From assembly GCA_963841915.1 (NCBI GenBank), contig CAWJEN010000006.1:1376001-1440000 (forward strand): DNA of 64,000 nt. Direction: 5' to 3'. Each line of letters opens with the position of its first letter. Within the stretch, counting starts at the first letter, position 1. Shown piece by piece: positions 28,257 to 37,780 of this stretch. A program made the translations under genes and the position numbers. The notes beneath the pieces are model-generated. The model ran no database searches. It had not been told where the DNA came from and saw nothing but the letters and a program-made list of their open reading frames with translations. This DNA comes from an uncultured Planctomycetota bacterium. GTDB taxonomy: Bacteria > Planctomycetota > Phycisphaerae > Tepidisphaerales > Tepidisphaeraceae.

Positions 28257-28868
28257 ATGCTCATCGACCCGGCGGCGTTGGAACCGCGTGAGTTTTACCA
28301 GCACCTCACGCGCGTCGTCGTGCCCCGGCCGATCGGGTGGATCAGCACGACCAGTCCCGACGGCGTCGACAACGTCGCCCCCTACTCGTTCTTCAACGCC
28401 GTCTGCGCGAGGCCGCCGACCGTCTTCTTCAGCGGGAGCCGGGACCGCGACGGGAACCAGAAGCACAGCGCCCGTCATGCCTTGGCCCGCGGGGAGTTCG
28501 TCGTCAACATCGTCCAGGGCAAGCTCGGCGAGCGGATGAACGCGACCAGCGGGACGTTCGACGAGGACGTGAGCGAGTTCGACGCCGTCGGCCTGACGCG
28601 CGGGGCGTGCGAGGTCGTCGGCGTGCCGCGGGTGGCGGAGGCGGACGTGAGCCTGGAGTGCCGGGTCAGCAAGAGCTTCGACCTCGGCGACGGCGGGCCG
28701 ATGAGCGTGACGCTCGTCTTCGGCGAGATCGTGCGGATGCACGTCAGCGACGCCATCCTCGGCGACGACGGGCGGGCCGACCCGGACAAGCTCGACGCCC
28801 TGGGGCGGATGGGCGGGAGCGTCTACACGCGGACGCAAGACCGGCTGGACTACGAGCGGCCGGGGTGA
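28257..28868 (+). CDS. Flavin reductase family protein (DIM6/NTAB)
   Basis: VVPRPIGWIST, NVAPYSFFN, GEFVVNIV, LGRMGG. Confidence 0.93.
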   Translation: MLIDPAALEPREFYQHLTRVVVPRPIGWISTTSPDGVDNVAPYSFFNAVCARPPTVFFSGSRDRDGNQKHSARHALARGEFVVNIVQGKLGERMNATSGTFDEDVSEFDAVGLTRGACEVVGVPRVAEADVSLECRVSKSFDLGDGGPMSVTLVFGEIVRMHVSDAILGDDGRADPDKLDALGRMGGSVYTRTQDRLDYERPG

Positions 28869-29000
28869 GCGGCGCGGCGTAAGGCCCGGTCGATGGCCGT
28901 GCATCTGACGGGTCCGGGGCCGTACACTCTCGACCGCTCGCCGTGCCGATTCGGCACGCGACGCGCGGACAAGGACGTCCACCCGACTCTCCCAACGCTT

Positions 29001-30204
29001 ATGCCTGTCACGACCGTCCACCACCAAACCGTCGAACGCCTTGAAATCCTGCACCAGGACGGCACGCTCGACGAATCGTTGGCCGCCGACGTGCGCGATG
29101 TGCTCGATGACAAGTCGCTCGTCGATCTGTACCACGAAATGCTCGTCAGCCGTGAGCTGGACGAAGCGGCCTATCGCCTGCAACGCAGCGGCAGAATGGG
29201 CACCTACCCGCAGAGCAAAGGCCAGGAGGCGGCCAGTCTTGGGGCGGCGTTGGCCCTGAAGCGGGGTCACGACCACATCGTTCCGGCCTATCGCGAGAAC
29301 TGCGGTCTGTTCCACCACGGCCTGCCGATGCACCAGGTGCTGCTTCACTGGATGGGCGACGAGCGGGGCAACCAGATCGACCCGAAACTGCGGATCAGCC
29401 CGATCTGCGTGGCGATCGGAGCCCAGATCTGCCACGGCGCAGGCCTCGGCTGGGCCGCCCGCATCGAGAACCAGAAGCACGGCGGCGTGGGGGGGGGGGG
29501 GTGTGGGGGGTGTGGGGGGCGACGCGGTCGTCATGACGTTCTTCGGCGACGGTGCGACGAGCGAAGGCGCGTTCCACGACGGCTTGAATTTCGCGGCAGT
29601 CACCGACGCGCCGGTCGTCTTCGTCTGCATGAACAACGGCTGGGCGATCAGCGTGCCGACGCGTCAGCAGACCCGCAGTGAGACATTTGCACAAAAAGCC
29701 CACGCGTACGGAATGCCGACGATTCAGGCCGACGGCAACGACCTGTTCGCCAGCTACAAGGCCTGTCGCGACATGGTCGCACACGCCCGGGCAGGCAACG
29801 GGCCCGCGTTCGTGGAGCTGACGACGTATCGCCTGGCCGACCACACGACGGTCGACGACGCCAGCCGGTACCGCACGAAAGAAGAGCACGAGGCCGGCGT
29901 GGCCAGCGATCCGCTGCTACGCATGCGTCGTTACCTCACGAAGGCCGGCCGGTGGGACGACGAGAAGGAAGCCGAAGCCCAGGCACGGGCCAAGCGGATC
30001 GGCAAGGAAGTTGTCAAAGTTGCGACCGAAATTGAGCCGCCCGATCCGAACGGCATGTTCGAGCACCAATACGAGACGCCGCCGAAAGAGCTGATCGTGC
30101 AGCGTGACACCCGGCACACCAACGGCATCGGTCAGTCGCCGCGCCAGGAGCGTTTGCGTCAACCGGACCTTGCAGAAGTCGCCCTTTCCGCCGTCGGGAT
30201 CTGA
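29001..30204 (+). CDS. pdhA: 2-oxoacid (pyruvate/branched-chain) dehydrogenase E1 alpha; frameshifted at G-tract 29489-29519
   Basis: LQRSGRMGTY...GQEA in one frame; GDGATSEG...NNGWAIS and YRLADHTT in another. Confidence 0.88.
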
Positions 30205-30207
30205 CGC

Positions 30208-31179
30208 ATGGCCCACCTGAACCTTGTCGAGTCGATCAACCGCACGCTGCGTCGCGAGATGGAGCTGGACGACCGTGTGATGCTCCTTGGCGAAGACATC
30301 GGCCCCAACGGCGGCGTCTTCCGTGCAACCGACGGCCTACACGCCACGTTCGGCGACGATCGCGTCCGGGACACGCCGCTGAGCGAAAGCGGCATCATGG
30401 GCACTGCCGTCGGGTTGGCCCACGCGGGCATGCGGCCTGTGCCGGAGATTCAGTTCGAGGGGTTTCTGGGGCCGGCATTCGACCAGCTCGTCAACCAGGC
30501 CGCCCGGTGCCGTGCCCGGAATCGAAGCGGCCTGACCTGTCCGCTGACCGTCCGCGTCCCCGTCGGTGGCGGCATCCACGCGCCCGAGCTGCACAGCGAC
30601 TCCCCCGAGAGCATTTACGTCCACACGCCTGGCCTGAAGGTGCTGATGCCCTCTCGCCCCCGCAGCGCCGCCGGCCTGCTGGCGGCCGCCATCCGCGACC
30701 CCGACCCGGTCGTTTTCTTCGAGCCCAAGCGGGTCTACCGCAGCTTCAAGGAAGACGTGCCCGATGACATCCTGCTCAACATCGGCGAGGCGGAGGTCCT
30801 CGAAGAAGGCGACGACGTCACGGTCATCAGTTGGGGCTCGAGCGTGTTCCAGTGCCTCGAGGCGATCGACGCCCTGCCGGACCACATGTCGGCCGAGCTG
30901 ATTGATTTGCAGAGTTTGTGGCCGATCGACGTCGACACGATCGTCAAAAGCGTCAACAAGACCGGCCGCTGCGTCGTCGTCCACGAAGCCCCTAAGACCT
31001 GCGGTCTCGGTGCTGAAATCGCGGCGATTCTCCAGGAGAAGTGCTTTCTGAACCTCGAAGCCCCGATCCAGCGCGTGGCGGGCTTTGACGTGACGATGCC
31101 GTACTACAAGCTGGAGCTGGACTACCTGCCGGACAAAACCCGCATCGGCAAGGCGGTTCGGGAGACGGTGAGCTACTAG
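30208..31179 (+). CDS. pdhB: 2-oxoacid dehydrogenase E1 beta
   Basis: GEDIGPNGGVFRAT, DTPLSE, EIQF, HSDSPE, FFEPK. Confidence 0.92.
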   Translation: MAHLNLVESINRTLRREMELDDRVMLLGEDIGPNGGVFRATDGLHATFGDDRVRDTPLSESGIMGTAVGLAHAGMRPVPEIQFEGFLGPAFDQLVNQAARCRARNRSGLTCPLTVRVPVGGGIHAPELHSDSPESIYVHTPGLKVLMPSRPRSAAGLLAAAIRDPDPVVFFEPKRVYRSFKEDVPDDILLNIGEAEVLEEGDDVTVISWGSSVFQCLEAIDALPDHMSAELIDLQSLWPIDVDTIVKSVNKTGRCVVVHEAPKTCGLGAEIAAILQEKCFLNLEAPIQRVAGFDVTMPYYKLELDYLPDKTRIGKAVRETVSY

Positions 31180-31202
31180 CGTTGGCTGCAGAGGAGTAAG
31201 TC

Positions 31203-31460
31203 GTGTCGCGCAAGCAAAAGCTCCTGGACCAGATACTGAGCGGGCGTCACGACCAGACGATTCGGTTCGACGCCTTGTGCGGCCTGCTGGCGACGCTCGG
31301 CTTCGCCGTACGGATCACCGGCAGCCATCGTATTTTCAACCGCGAGAACGTGGTAGAGTTGCTCAACCTGCAACCGCGACCGGACGGAACCGCCAAGCCC
31401 TATCAAGTGAAGCAGGTCCGCGACGTCCTTGTGACCAATCAGATCGGTTTCGACTCATGA
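31203..31460 (+). CDS. hicA: HicA family toxin
   Basis: LGF...GSHRIF, LQP...AKPYQVKQV. Confidence 0.88.
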   Translation: MSRKQKLLDQILSGRHDQTIRFDALCGLLATLGFAVRITGSHRIFNRENVVELLNLQPRPDGTAKPYQVKQVRDVLVTNQIGFDS

Positions 31461-31663
31461 AGTATGAAGTGATCATTTATTGGAGCGAAGAGGATCAGGC
31501 ATTTATCGCCGAGGTGCCGGAGCTTCCCGGCTGCAAGGCCGATGGGGCGACGAAGGAAGCTGCGCTTGCGATGGCGGAGAAAATCGCCGAAGAGTGGATT
31601 GAAACCGCAAAGTCACTCGGTCGAAAAGTGCCTGAGGCAAGAGGTCGACTCGTGTTTGCGTGA
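31457..31663 (+). CDS. hicB: HicB family antitoxin (short form)
   Basis: MKYEVIIYWSEED...VPELPGCKADGATKEAAL; ATGA overlap with hicA. Confidence 0.9.
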   Translation: MKYEVIIYWSEEDQAFIAEVPELPGCKADGATKEAALAMAEKIAEEWIETAKSLGRKVPEARGRLVFA

Positions 31664-31814
31664 GCCCGTCGCGACGGTTAGCCTGCCCGGTGCCACGGTT
31701 TGAGCCGCGTTCTGATGCGGGCAAAACGTGTCGGTGATGTACCGAGCACCGACACGGCTTGCCCGCCGCGGACGGCGGCTCAAGCCGTGGCACCGGTCGG
31801 CATAATCTTCCTGC

Positions 31815-33356
31815 ATGCCCGCCACCGGTCTGCACCACGTCACGATCGTCTCCGGCGACGCACAGGTCAACGTTGACTTCTGGGGCGGTGTCCTCGGGCT
31901 GCCGATGGTCAAAAGGACCGTCAATTTCGACGACCCGCAGACCTACCACCTCTACTACGGCGACGACCCGGCGACGCCGGGGACATTGCTGACGTTCTTC
32001 CCGTACGGCAACATCCGCAAAGGCAAGATCGGCCGCGGGCAAGCGACGGCCCTCGCGCTGGCGGTGCCGACGGCGTCCCTCGAATTCTGGCAGCAGCGAC
32101 TGGCCGAGGCGGCGGTCGAGGTCGATCGGTCAGACCGTGCCGGCGAGACGGTGCTGGCTTTCGTTGATCCCGACGGGCTGCCGGTCGAACTGGTCGGCGT
32201 GGCCGATCTGCCGGCCGGGCCGAAGAACGGGTTGGTGCCGAGCGACCAGTCCATCGTCGGCGTCCACTCCGTCACGCTCCACATCAAGGCCATTGAGCAC
32301 ACGAAACAGGTACTCGAAGCGGTCGGCTGGACCCCAGGGGGAACGGTCAACGAACGAACGCGAATGACAGCCGACAGCGGCCTTGGCTTCGGCGGAATCG
32401 TCGACCTCATCGAAGGTGGCCCCGCCGGCAGCGGCGGCGCGGGAACTATTCACCACGTCGCCTTCCGCGTCGGTGATGATGACGACGAGCTGGCGGTCCG
32501 GCAGAAGGTGATCGCCCTGGGCCTGCAGCCGACGCCGGTGATCGATCGGCAATATTTCCACAGCGTCTACTTTCGCGAGCCGGGCGGCGTGCTCTTCGAA
32601 TTGGCGACCGACGGGCCGGGTTTCGCAGTCGACGAGGATCCGGACAAGTTGGGCCAGGCGCTCCGCCTGCCGCCGCAGTATGAGTCGGCACGTGATCAGA
32701 TCCAGGCCGGCATTCGCCCGCTGGTCCCGCCGACCGAAGGGCCCACGTTCGTGCACGCCTGGACCCCCACCCCCGGCGCGCAAAGAACGCTGCTCGCCCT
32801 GCACGGCACGGGCGGCGATGAGAACGACCTCGTCCCGCTCGCCAGAAAGATCGACGCGTCGGCGAATGTGCTCTCGCCCCGCGGTCGCGTCGACGAGCGC
32901 GGAATGCCGCGATTCTTCAGGAGATTGGCAGAAGGCGTCTTTGACGAAACATCTATCGTGACGCAGGCCAATGCCCTGGCCGACTGGCTCGAACGGCAGG
33001 CCACGCGATACGGCTTCGACGCGTCCGCCGTCGATGCAATGGGTTACAGCAATGGCGCGAACATCGCCTCGGCCGCCCTGCTGCTTCGGCCGACGTCACT
33101 GCGGTCGCTGATTCTGCTTCGGCCGATGGTGCCGCTCGAGGGACAGTTGCCGGCGGAGCTGCCCGATCTGCAGGGCAAGCGCGTGCTGCTGTCGGCAGGC
33201 AAGACCGACATGATCGCCCCGCCGGACCATGTCGAGTGGCTGCGCGACCTCCTTGCCGGCGCGGGTGCCGACGTGACGCTCCAATGGCAAGACGCCGGTC
33301 ACGAACTCACCGGCGGCGACATTGACACGGCGAAGCGTTTCGTCGATTCAGCCTGA
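31815..33356 (+). CDS. Ring-cleaving dioxygenase (MhqO/MhqE-like VOC) fused to alpha/beta hydrolase (MhqD-like)
   Basis: GLHHVT, KRTVNFDDP, DRQYFHSVYFREPGGVLFELATD; then LHGTGG, GYSNGAN, GHEL. Confidence 0.9.
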   Translation: MPATGLHHVTIVSGDAQVNVDFWGGVLGLPMVKRTVNFDDPQTYHLYYGDDPATPGTLLTFFPYGNIRKGKIGRGQATALALAVPTASLEFWQQRLAEAAVEVDRSDRAGETVLAFVDPDGLPVELVGVADLPAGPKNGLVPSDQSIVGVHSVTLHIKAIEHTKQVLEAVGWTPGGTVNERTRMTADSGLGFGGIVDLIEGGPAGSGGAGTIHHVAFRVGDDDDELAVRQKVIALGLQPTPVIDRQYFHSVYFREPGGVLFELATDGPGFAVDEDPDKLGQALRLPPQYESARDQIQAGIRPLVPPTEGPTFVHAWTPTPGAQRTLLALHGTGGDENDLVPLARKIDASANVLSPRGRVDERGMPRFFRRLAEGVFDETSIVTQANALADWLERQATRYGFDASAVDAMGYSNGANIASAALLLRPTSLRSLILLRPMVPLEGQLPAELPDLQGKRVLLSAGKTDMIAPPDHVEWLRDLLAGAGADVTLQWQDAGHELTGGDIDTAKRFVDSA

Positions 33357-33488
33357 GTAACGCGAAAGCGCGAAGGAGCGAAGGGCCGCGAAGAAGAGAG
33401 TGCAAGGTCAGAGCCTGCTTCTGAGTCGCTTCTGCCCTTCGCGGACCTTTGCCTCTTTGCCCCTTCGCATTCCTCTGCGTCTGTTCGT

Positions 33489-33920
33489 TCACGCCGCTGC
33501 GCGGCCTTCGCGGTTGGCGAGCCATTCGTGCAACGCCTCGATGCCGATGTCGTTGATCGTCCGTGGGCCGTCGGTGTTGGCGATCTTGTTCTGAAACGCG
33601 ATCAGTTGCAGCCGATCGGCCAGCGTCTTGTCGACGCGGACGTAGACGACACGCTTACCGGTGCCGGGATCGAGCTTGATCGACATCGACACTTCGTCGT
33701 CGTCGGCCTTCCGCGGCTTGGACTTGGCGGGCTTGGGTGCGACTGCCTTTGGAGCGGGCGGCGGTGGAGGCGGGGGCAGTGCGGCCGGTTCGTCGTCGGG
33801 GTCGCGGGCCGGCGGAACGGTTACGGCCGCGGGGCCGGCGGCGGCGTTGCGCTTCAGGTTCGCCAGGAATTTGGCGGTCTTACTGGCGTCGCGATCGAGC
33901 GTCTGGGTGTCGTCTTGCAT
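33489..33920 (-). CDS. Putative ribbon-helix-helix partition partner (ParG-like)
   Basis: Flexible Pro/Ala/Lys-rich N-terminal half, then VYVRVDKTLADRLQ...TINDIGIEALHEWL; downstream of parA. Confidence 0.6.
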   Translation of the reverse strand: MQDDTQTLDRDASKTAKFLANLKRNAAAGPAAVTVPPARDPDDEPAALPPPPPPPAPKAVAPKPAKSKPRKADDDEVSMSIKLDPGTGKRVVYVRVDKTLADRLQLIAFQNKIANTDGPRTINDIGIEALHEWLANREGRAAA

Positions 33921-33960
33921 CGTTATCTACTGGAAAGAGTTCGGTTGGGAAGGATCAGAT

Positions 33961-34647
33961 TCACGCCGCCATCGCAAGCGGCTCCGCCACTTGCAGGGGC
34001 TCGGCTTGTCTCAGCTCGGCGAAAACGGCCTCAAGATCGGCCGCCGCCTGCTTGTGACCGCGGGATTTGCCGGCGTCACGCTCGACGCCCGTGTCGTCGA
34101 CGACCGCCTTGATGAACGCGTCGCGAAGCCCGATGCCCCGCCGGGCGACCGGCAGTCCCATCTCGCTGAGCACGCGACGCACGAGCTTGGCCTGTTCTCC
34201 GGTCGTCCTGACCTTGTTGAGCGCAATCAGCACGCAAGGCGGGGCCAATCCGTCGGCCTGTCTCGCCTCGGCGACGCGATCGATCGCCACCTTTGTCTCC
34301 AGCGTCGCGTGCACGTCCAACGCGCTGGGCAACACCGGAATCAGCACACGGTCGGCCAAATACATCAGCACATGCGTCTGATCGTTGAGTCGTGGCGATC
34401 CATCGCACACCACGTCGTCGTACTCCTCGGCAAGCGCTTCGGCTCGTTCCACGAGCGTGCCAGCGTCAGTAATCGATTCCAGTGGCATCGACGGCTCCGC
34501 CGCCGAGATCCACCGCGTCGCACTGGCCTGCGGGTCGTTGTCGAGGAAAGCAACTCGCCGACCCGCATCGTGCAGGTGAAGGGCCAGGTGCACTGCGAGC
34601 GTCGTTTTGCCGGCGCCGCCTTTTTGATTGATCACCGCGTAGATCAT
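33961..34647 (-). CDS. parA: ParA family ATPase (short, type Ib-like)
   Basis: NQKGGAGKTT deviant Walker A, DNDPQAS, VVCDGSP, ADRVLIPV. Confidence 0.9.
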   Translation of the reverse strand: MIYAVINQKGGAGKTTLAVHLALHLHDAGRRVAFLDNDPQASATRWISAAEPSMPLESITDAGTLVERAEALAEEYDDVVCDGSPRLNDQTHVLMYLADRVLIPVLPSALDVHATLETKVAIDRVAEARQADGLAPPCVLIALNKVRTTGEQAKLVRRVLSEMGLPVARRGIGLRDAFIKAVVDDTGVERDAGKSRGHKQAAADLEAVFAELRQAEPLQVAEPLAMAA

Positions 34648-34717
34648 GACACCCCTTACATCGGCACAGTCGGCCGAGGGGCATCAGCGAAAAGTTCAAC
34701 CGCTTGGTGCCGTGTGT

Positions 34718-34767
34718 TGCTGCTCGCGTGCTAGCACGCTTGCAAGCCTGCTAGCACGCGAGCAGCA
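34718..34767. repeat. 50-bp near-perfect palindrome built of (GCNN)11
   Basis: tgctgctcgcgtgctagcacgcttg|caagcctgctagcacgcgagcagca, one mismatched pair. Confidence 0.9.
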
Positions 34768-34777
34768 CAACGGGTCG

Positions 34778-35539
34778 TCACGCAGGCAGGCCGAACAGCC
34801 GCCTCGTGTTGTCGGTTGTGATTTGATCCGCTTGCTTTCCGCCCCAGCCGCGGACCTGCGCAAGACGCTTAAGCGTGTGAGCGACGTAAGCGGGTTCGCA
34901 AGGCCGCTTACCGCGAAGCGGTTCGGGCGACAAGTACGGTGCATCGGTTTCGACCAGCACGCGATTCTCAGGCACGAGCATCGCCGCGTCGCGGATGCCT
35001 TGGCTCTTCTTAAACGTCATCGGCCCGGTGAAGCCGACGTAGTGGCCCAACTCGATGATCTGCTCCACTTCGGCCGGACCGGCGGTAAAACAGTGGAATG
35101 TGGCTTCGATCTGCGGAAAATCACGCAGGATGGCCACGCAATCGCCGATCGACTCTCGGCTGTGGATCACGACCGGCAGGCCGACTTCACCGGCGACCGC
35201 CAACTGCTTCAGGAACGACGCCCGCTGGACGTTGCGCGGAATGTCGTCGTGAAAGTAATCGAGCCCGCACTCGCCGATAGCGACGACGCCCGGCTGCTGT
35301 GCCAGGTCGCGCAGCTCGCTCGAGAAGTCGCCCGCCGGCGGGTCGTAGCACGGATGGATTCCCACTGTGGTCGACACCTGCGGCAGGTCCGCGGCCAGTT
35401 CGACGCCGGCCCGGCTGTCCTCGAGCGTGACGCCGATGTTGACGAGGTGGCTCACACCCGCCGCCGCGGCACGCTGTAGGACGCCCGCCCGGTCGGCTGC
35501 GAGCTGCGGAAAGTTCAGGTGGCAGTGCGAATCAATCAC
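34778..35539 (-). CDS. tatD: TatD family deoxyribonuclease
   Basis: IDSHCHL, GIHP, AIGECGLDY, HSRE, HCF, ETDAPYL. Confidence 0.95.
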   Translation of the reverse strand: MIDSHCHLNFPQLAADRAGVLQRAAAAGVSHLVNIGVTLEDSRAGVELAADLPQVSTTVGIHPCYDPPAGDFSSELRDLAQQPGVVAIGECGLDYFHDDIPRNVQRASFLKQLAVAGEVGLPVVIHSRESIGDCVAILRDFPQIEATFHCFTAGPAEVEQIIELGHYVGFTGPMTFKKSQGIRDAAMLVPENRVLVETDAPYLSPEPLRGKRPCEPAYVAHTLKRLAQVRGWGGKQADQITTDNTRRLFGLPA

Positions 35540-35629
35540 GCCCGCACGGTAAGCGGGGCAGGGCGATCACCCGCTGGTGCCACACCTTGCCCTGCGAGAG
35601 AAGGTGTGGCATCAGGTTGGATCGGTGTT

Positions 35630-36706
35630 CTACTGAACCGCGGCGGCGGCGGTGGTGGCGACGGCTTGGGGATCGGTGGCCGATCCGTCGAGGTCGATCA
35701 ACTGCCACTTGACGCTGAGCGTCGACGTGCCGCCGACCGGGGCGGCGAATTCGAGCTCGCTCCACGGCGTCAGCTCGCCGGCGTCGGGTGAGGAGATGTA
35801 GACCTGGGCCAGCTCGCGGGGCGATGTCATGCGGTCGCCGCTTGTTTCAAGCACTTCCTGCACAAACACCATCGCCTGGTCCTGCAACGTCATGCCGGCG
35901 GCAAGAATGGGTGCGTCGAATCCCACCTTAGCGCCGGCCGACTGCGGCACGACGGCTGTGGCGGGGCGACCGTCGACATCCCTGATGCCGACAGCCATCG
36001 TGCCGAGCATCTGCGTCTTGTCGTCGTCGCCCATCCAGAGCGGGTCGAGGTCGCCACCGTTGTCACCCAGGGCGACGATCGTGCTGGCTGGCCGGCTGAT
36101 CTGAGTGATGTGCCAGGCACCGGCCTCCGCGCCATCGTCGCGAACCGGCGTGAACATTGTCGTGATGGTCAGGCCGGTGCCGCGCTCGTCAATGGTGATG
36201 GTGCGGACGGGTTCCACGCCATACGGCTCGGCTACGTCCTGCGTGAGCACAAGGCTCGACCCGGCAACCTCGACTTGCCACGGCACGCCGCGGAACGGAG
36301 CGGGCGGTGGCCACGGTGCGCCGAAGTGTTCGACCCAGCTTTCGAAGCCGTCCTTAGGGTTCTGCGGCCACGGCCAGACCTTGTCACCGCCGAAGTTCTG
36401 CCAGTCGTCACCGCCGTCAAAAATCTGCCCGGCCAGCTGAGGGTTGGTCCACAGCACGTTACCGGCCTCGCCCGATCCGGTCTTGCCGTAGTACATGATG
36501 CGGCCGATGTCGGGCACGACGACCGCATCGACGGTGCCGTTGCTGAGGCGGTAAGCGTCCCAGCCGCGGTAGGTTTCGCGGGAGATGAGGCCGTTCTCGC
36601 TCAACTCGCCACCAGACGGCTGCGTCGTGGGTGGCATCGAGTCGGACCGGCACCCGCCAAGGGCGAGCAGGGCGACGACTGAAACGGGCAGTATTGGCTT
36701 GAGCAT
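35630..36706 (-). CDS. Lipoprotein, DUF4380/aldose-epimerase-like
   Basis: LGGC lipobox; VVPDIGRIM, NFGGDKVWPWPQ. Confidence 0.65.
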   Translation of the reverse strand: MLKPILPVSVVALLALGGCRSDSMPPTTQPSGGELSENGLISRETYRGWDAYRLSNGTVDAVVVPDIGRIMYYGKTGSGEAGNVLWTNPQLAGQIFDGGDDWQNFGGDKVWPWPQNPKDGFESWVEHFGAPWPPPAPFRGVPWQVEVAGSSLVLTQDVAEPYGVEPVRTITIDERGTGLTITTMFTPVRDDGAEAGAWHITQISRPASTIVALGDNGGDLDPLWMGDDDKTQMLGTMAVGIRDVDGRPATAVVPQSAGAKVGFDAPILAAGMTLQDQAMVFVQEVLETSGDRMTSPRELAQVYISSPDAGELTPWSELEFAAPVGGTSTLSVKWQLIDLDGSATDPQAVATTAAAAVQ

Positions 36707-36829
36707 GGCTTGGTCCTCCACGAGACTTCTCCACCTCCCGAACCCGGAAAGCGTTGTTGTGGTAGATTAGGGTATCTGGTCTCACGCCTGCGGCCCACTT
36801 ATTGCGGCTGACACTTCCAAAGGTTCGCC

Positions 36830-37774
36830 ATGCGTCTATCACTCAGCTTTGCCGTCATTGCCGTTTCTGCTGCAACCGCCAACGCCGGACTGCTGGCCGA
36901 CTACGACGCGTCGCGTCACGACCGTTTTCTCAGCGACAACGGCACCAGCCGGACGTTCAACCCGGACTTCCACATGGCCGGCTTCGACCTGTCAGGCCTG
37001 GGCGTCGGGGGCAACGGTGGCATCCTCATCAGCGATCGGCACGTCCTGGCGGCGACGCACTTTCGCGGCGGTTCGTACACGTTCGTCAATGCCGCCGGTG
37101 ACGAAGTTACGTTCAACGCCAGTCAGAACCGGACGATGAAAACGCGCGTGCCGAACGGCACGGGCGGGTTCAGCGAGCTCAACAGCGACGTGACGCTGGT
37201 CACGCTGGATCGTTCGGTGACAGGGGCCGACCTGTTGACGCCGATGGCCGTTGCCGATGTGCCGCTGGGCGACTTCGAGCCGCGTGACGTCTTCGTCTAC
37301 GACCAGAACAACCGGCTCGGCCGCAACCTGCTCGACGGCGGGAGCCTTGATCGTCCTGACGGCACCGTCGTCCTGCCACCGATCACGCGCCTGCAGGGCG
37401 ACAACAACGCCACCTGGGCCGTCACGTATGACTATGACACGTCGCTCAACGGCGGTGGGAACGGTGTCGGTGGGGACGAAATCGGCCTTGTCGGTGGCGA
37501 CAGCGGGCACGGTGCATTCATCCTGACCGACGCGGGCGATGTGGCCGTCATCGGCACCCACTACGCGGTGGTGACAGGCAACGGCGTTCTGCCACCAAAT
37601 CCGGGCGAAACGTACCTCAGCCTCACCAGCCTTGCCGCGGCCTATCGCACGCAGATCGAAGGCTTTGTCGCTGCCGACGGTGCGCAGGCGCGGTTCGTCA
37701 GCGTCATTCCCGAGCCCGGCACGGCGACGTTGCTGGCTGTTGGTGCGTTGGTTGCGTTGCGACGCAAGCGATAG
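36830..37774 (+). CDS. Trypsin-like serine protease with PEP-CTERM anchor
   Basis: Signal peptide; LISDRHVLAATH, SDVTL, GDSG triad motifs; IPEP...LRRKR. Confidence 0.75.
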   Translation: MRLSLSFAVIAVSAATANAGLLADYDASRHDRFLSDNGTSRTFNPDFHMAGFDLSGLGVGGNGGILISDRHVLAATHFRGGSYTFVNAAGDEVTFNASQNRTMKTRVPNGTGGFSELNSDVTLVTLDRSVTGADLLTPMAVADVPLGDFEPRDVFVYDQNNRLGRNLLDGGSLDRPDGTVVLPPITRLQGDNNATWAVTYDYDTSLNGGGNGVGGDEIGLVGGDSGHGAFILTDAGDVAVIGTHYAVVTGNGVLPPNPGETYLSLTSLAAAYRTQIEGFVAADGAQARFVSVIPEPGTATLLAVGALVALRRKR

Positions 37775-37780
37775 AGCGTG

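Noticed and set aside
33361..33480. Structured ncRNA between convergent genes
   Set aside because: Purine-rich/pyrimidine-rich imperfect inverted repeat like those at 9039-9117 and about 22110-22230; most simply a terminator-like spacer
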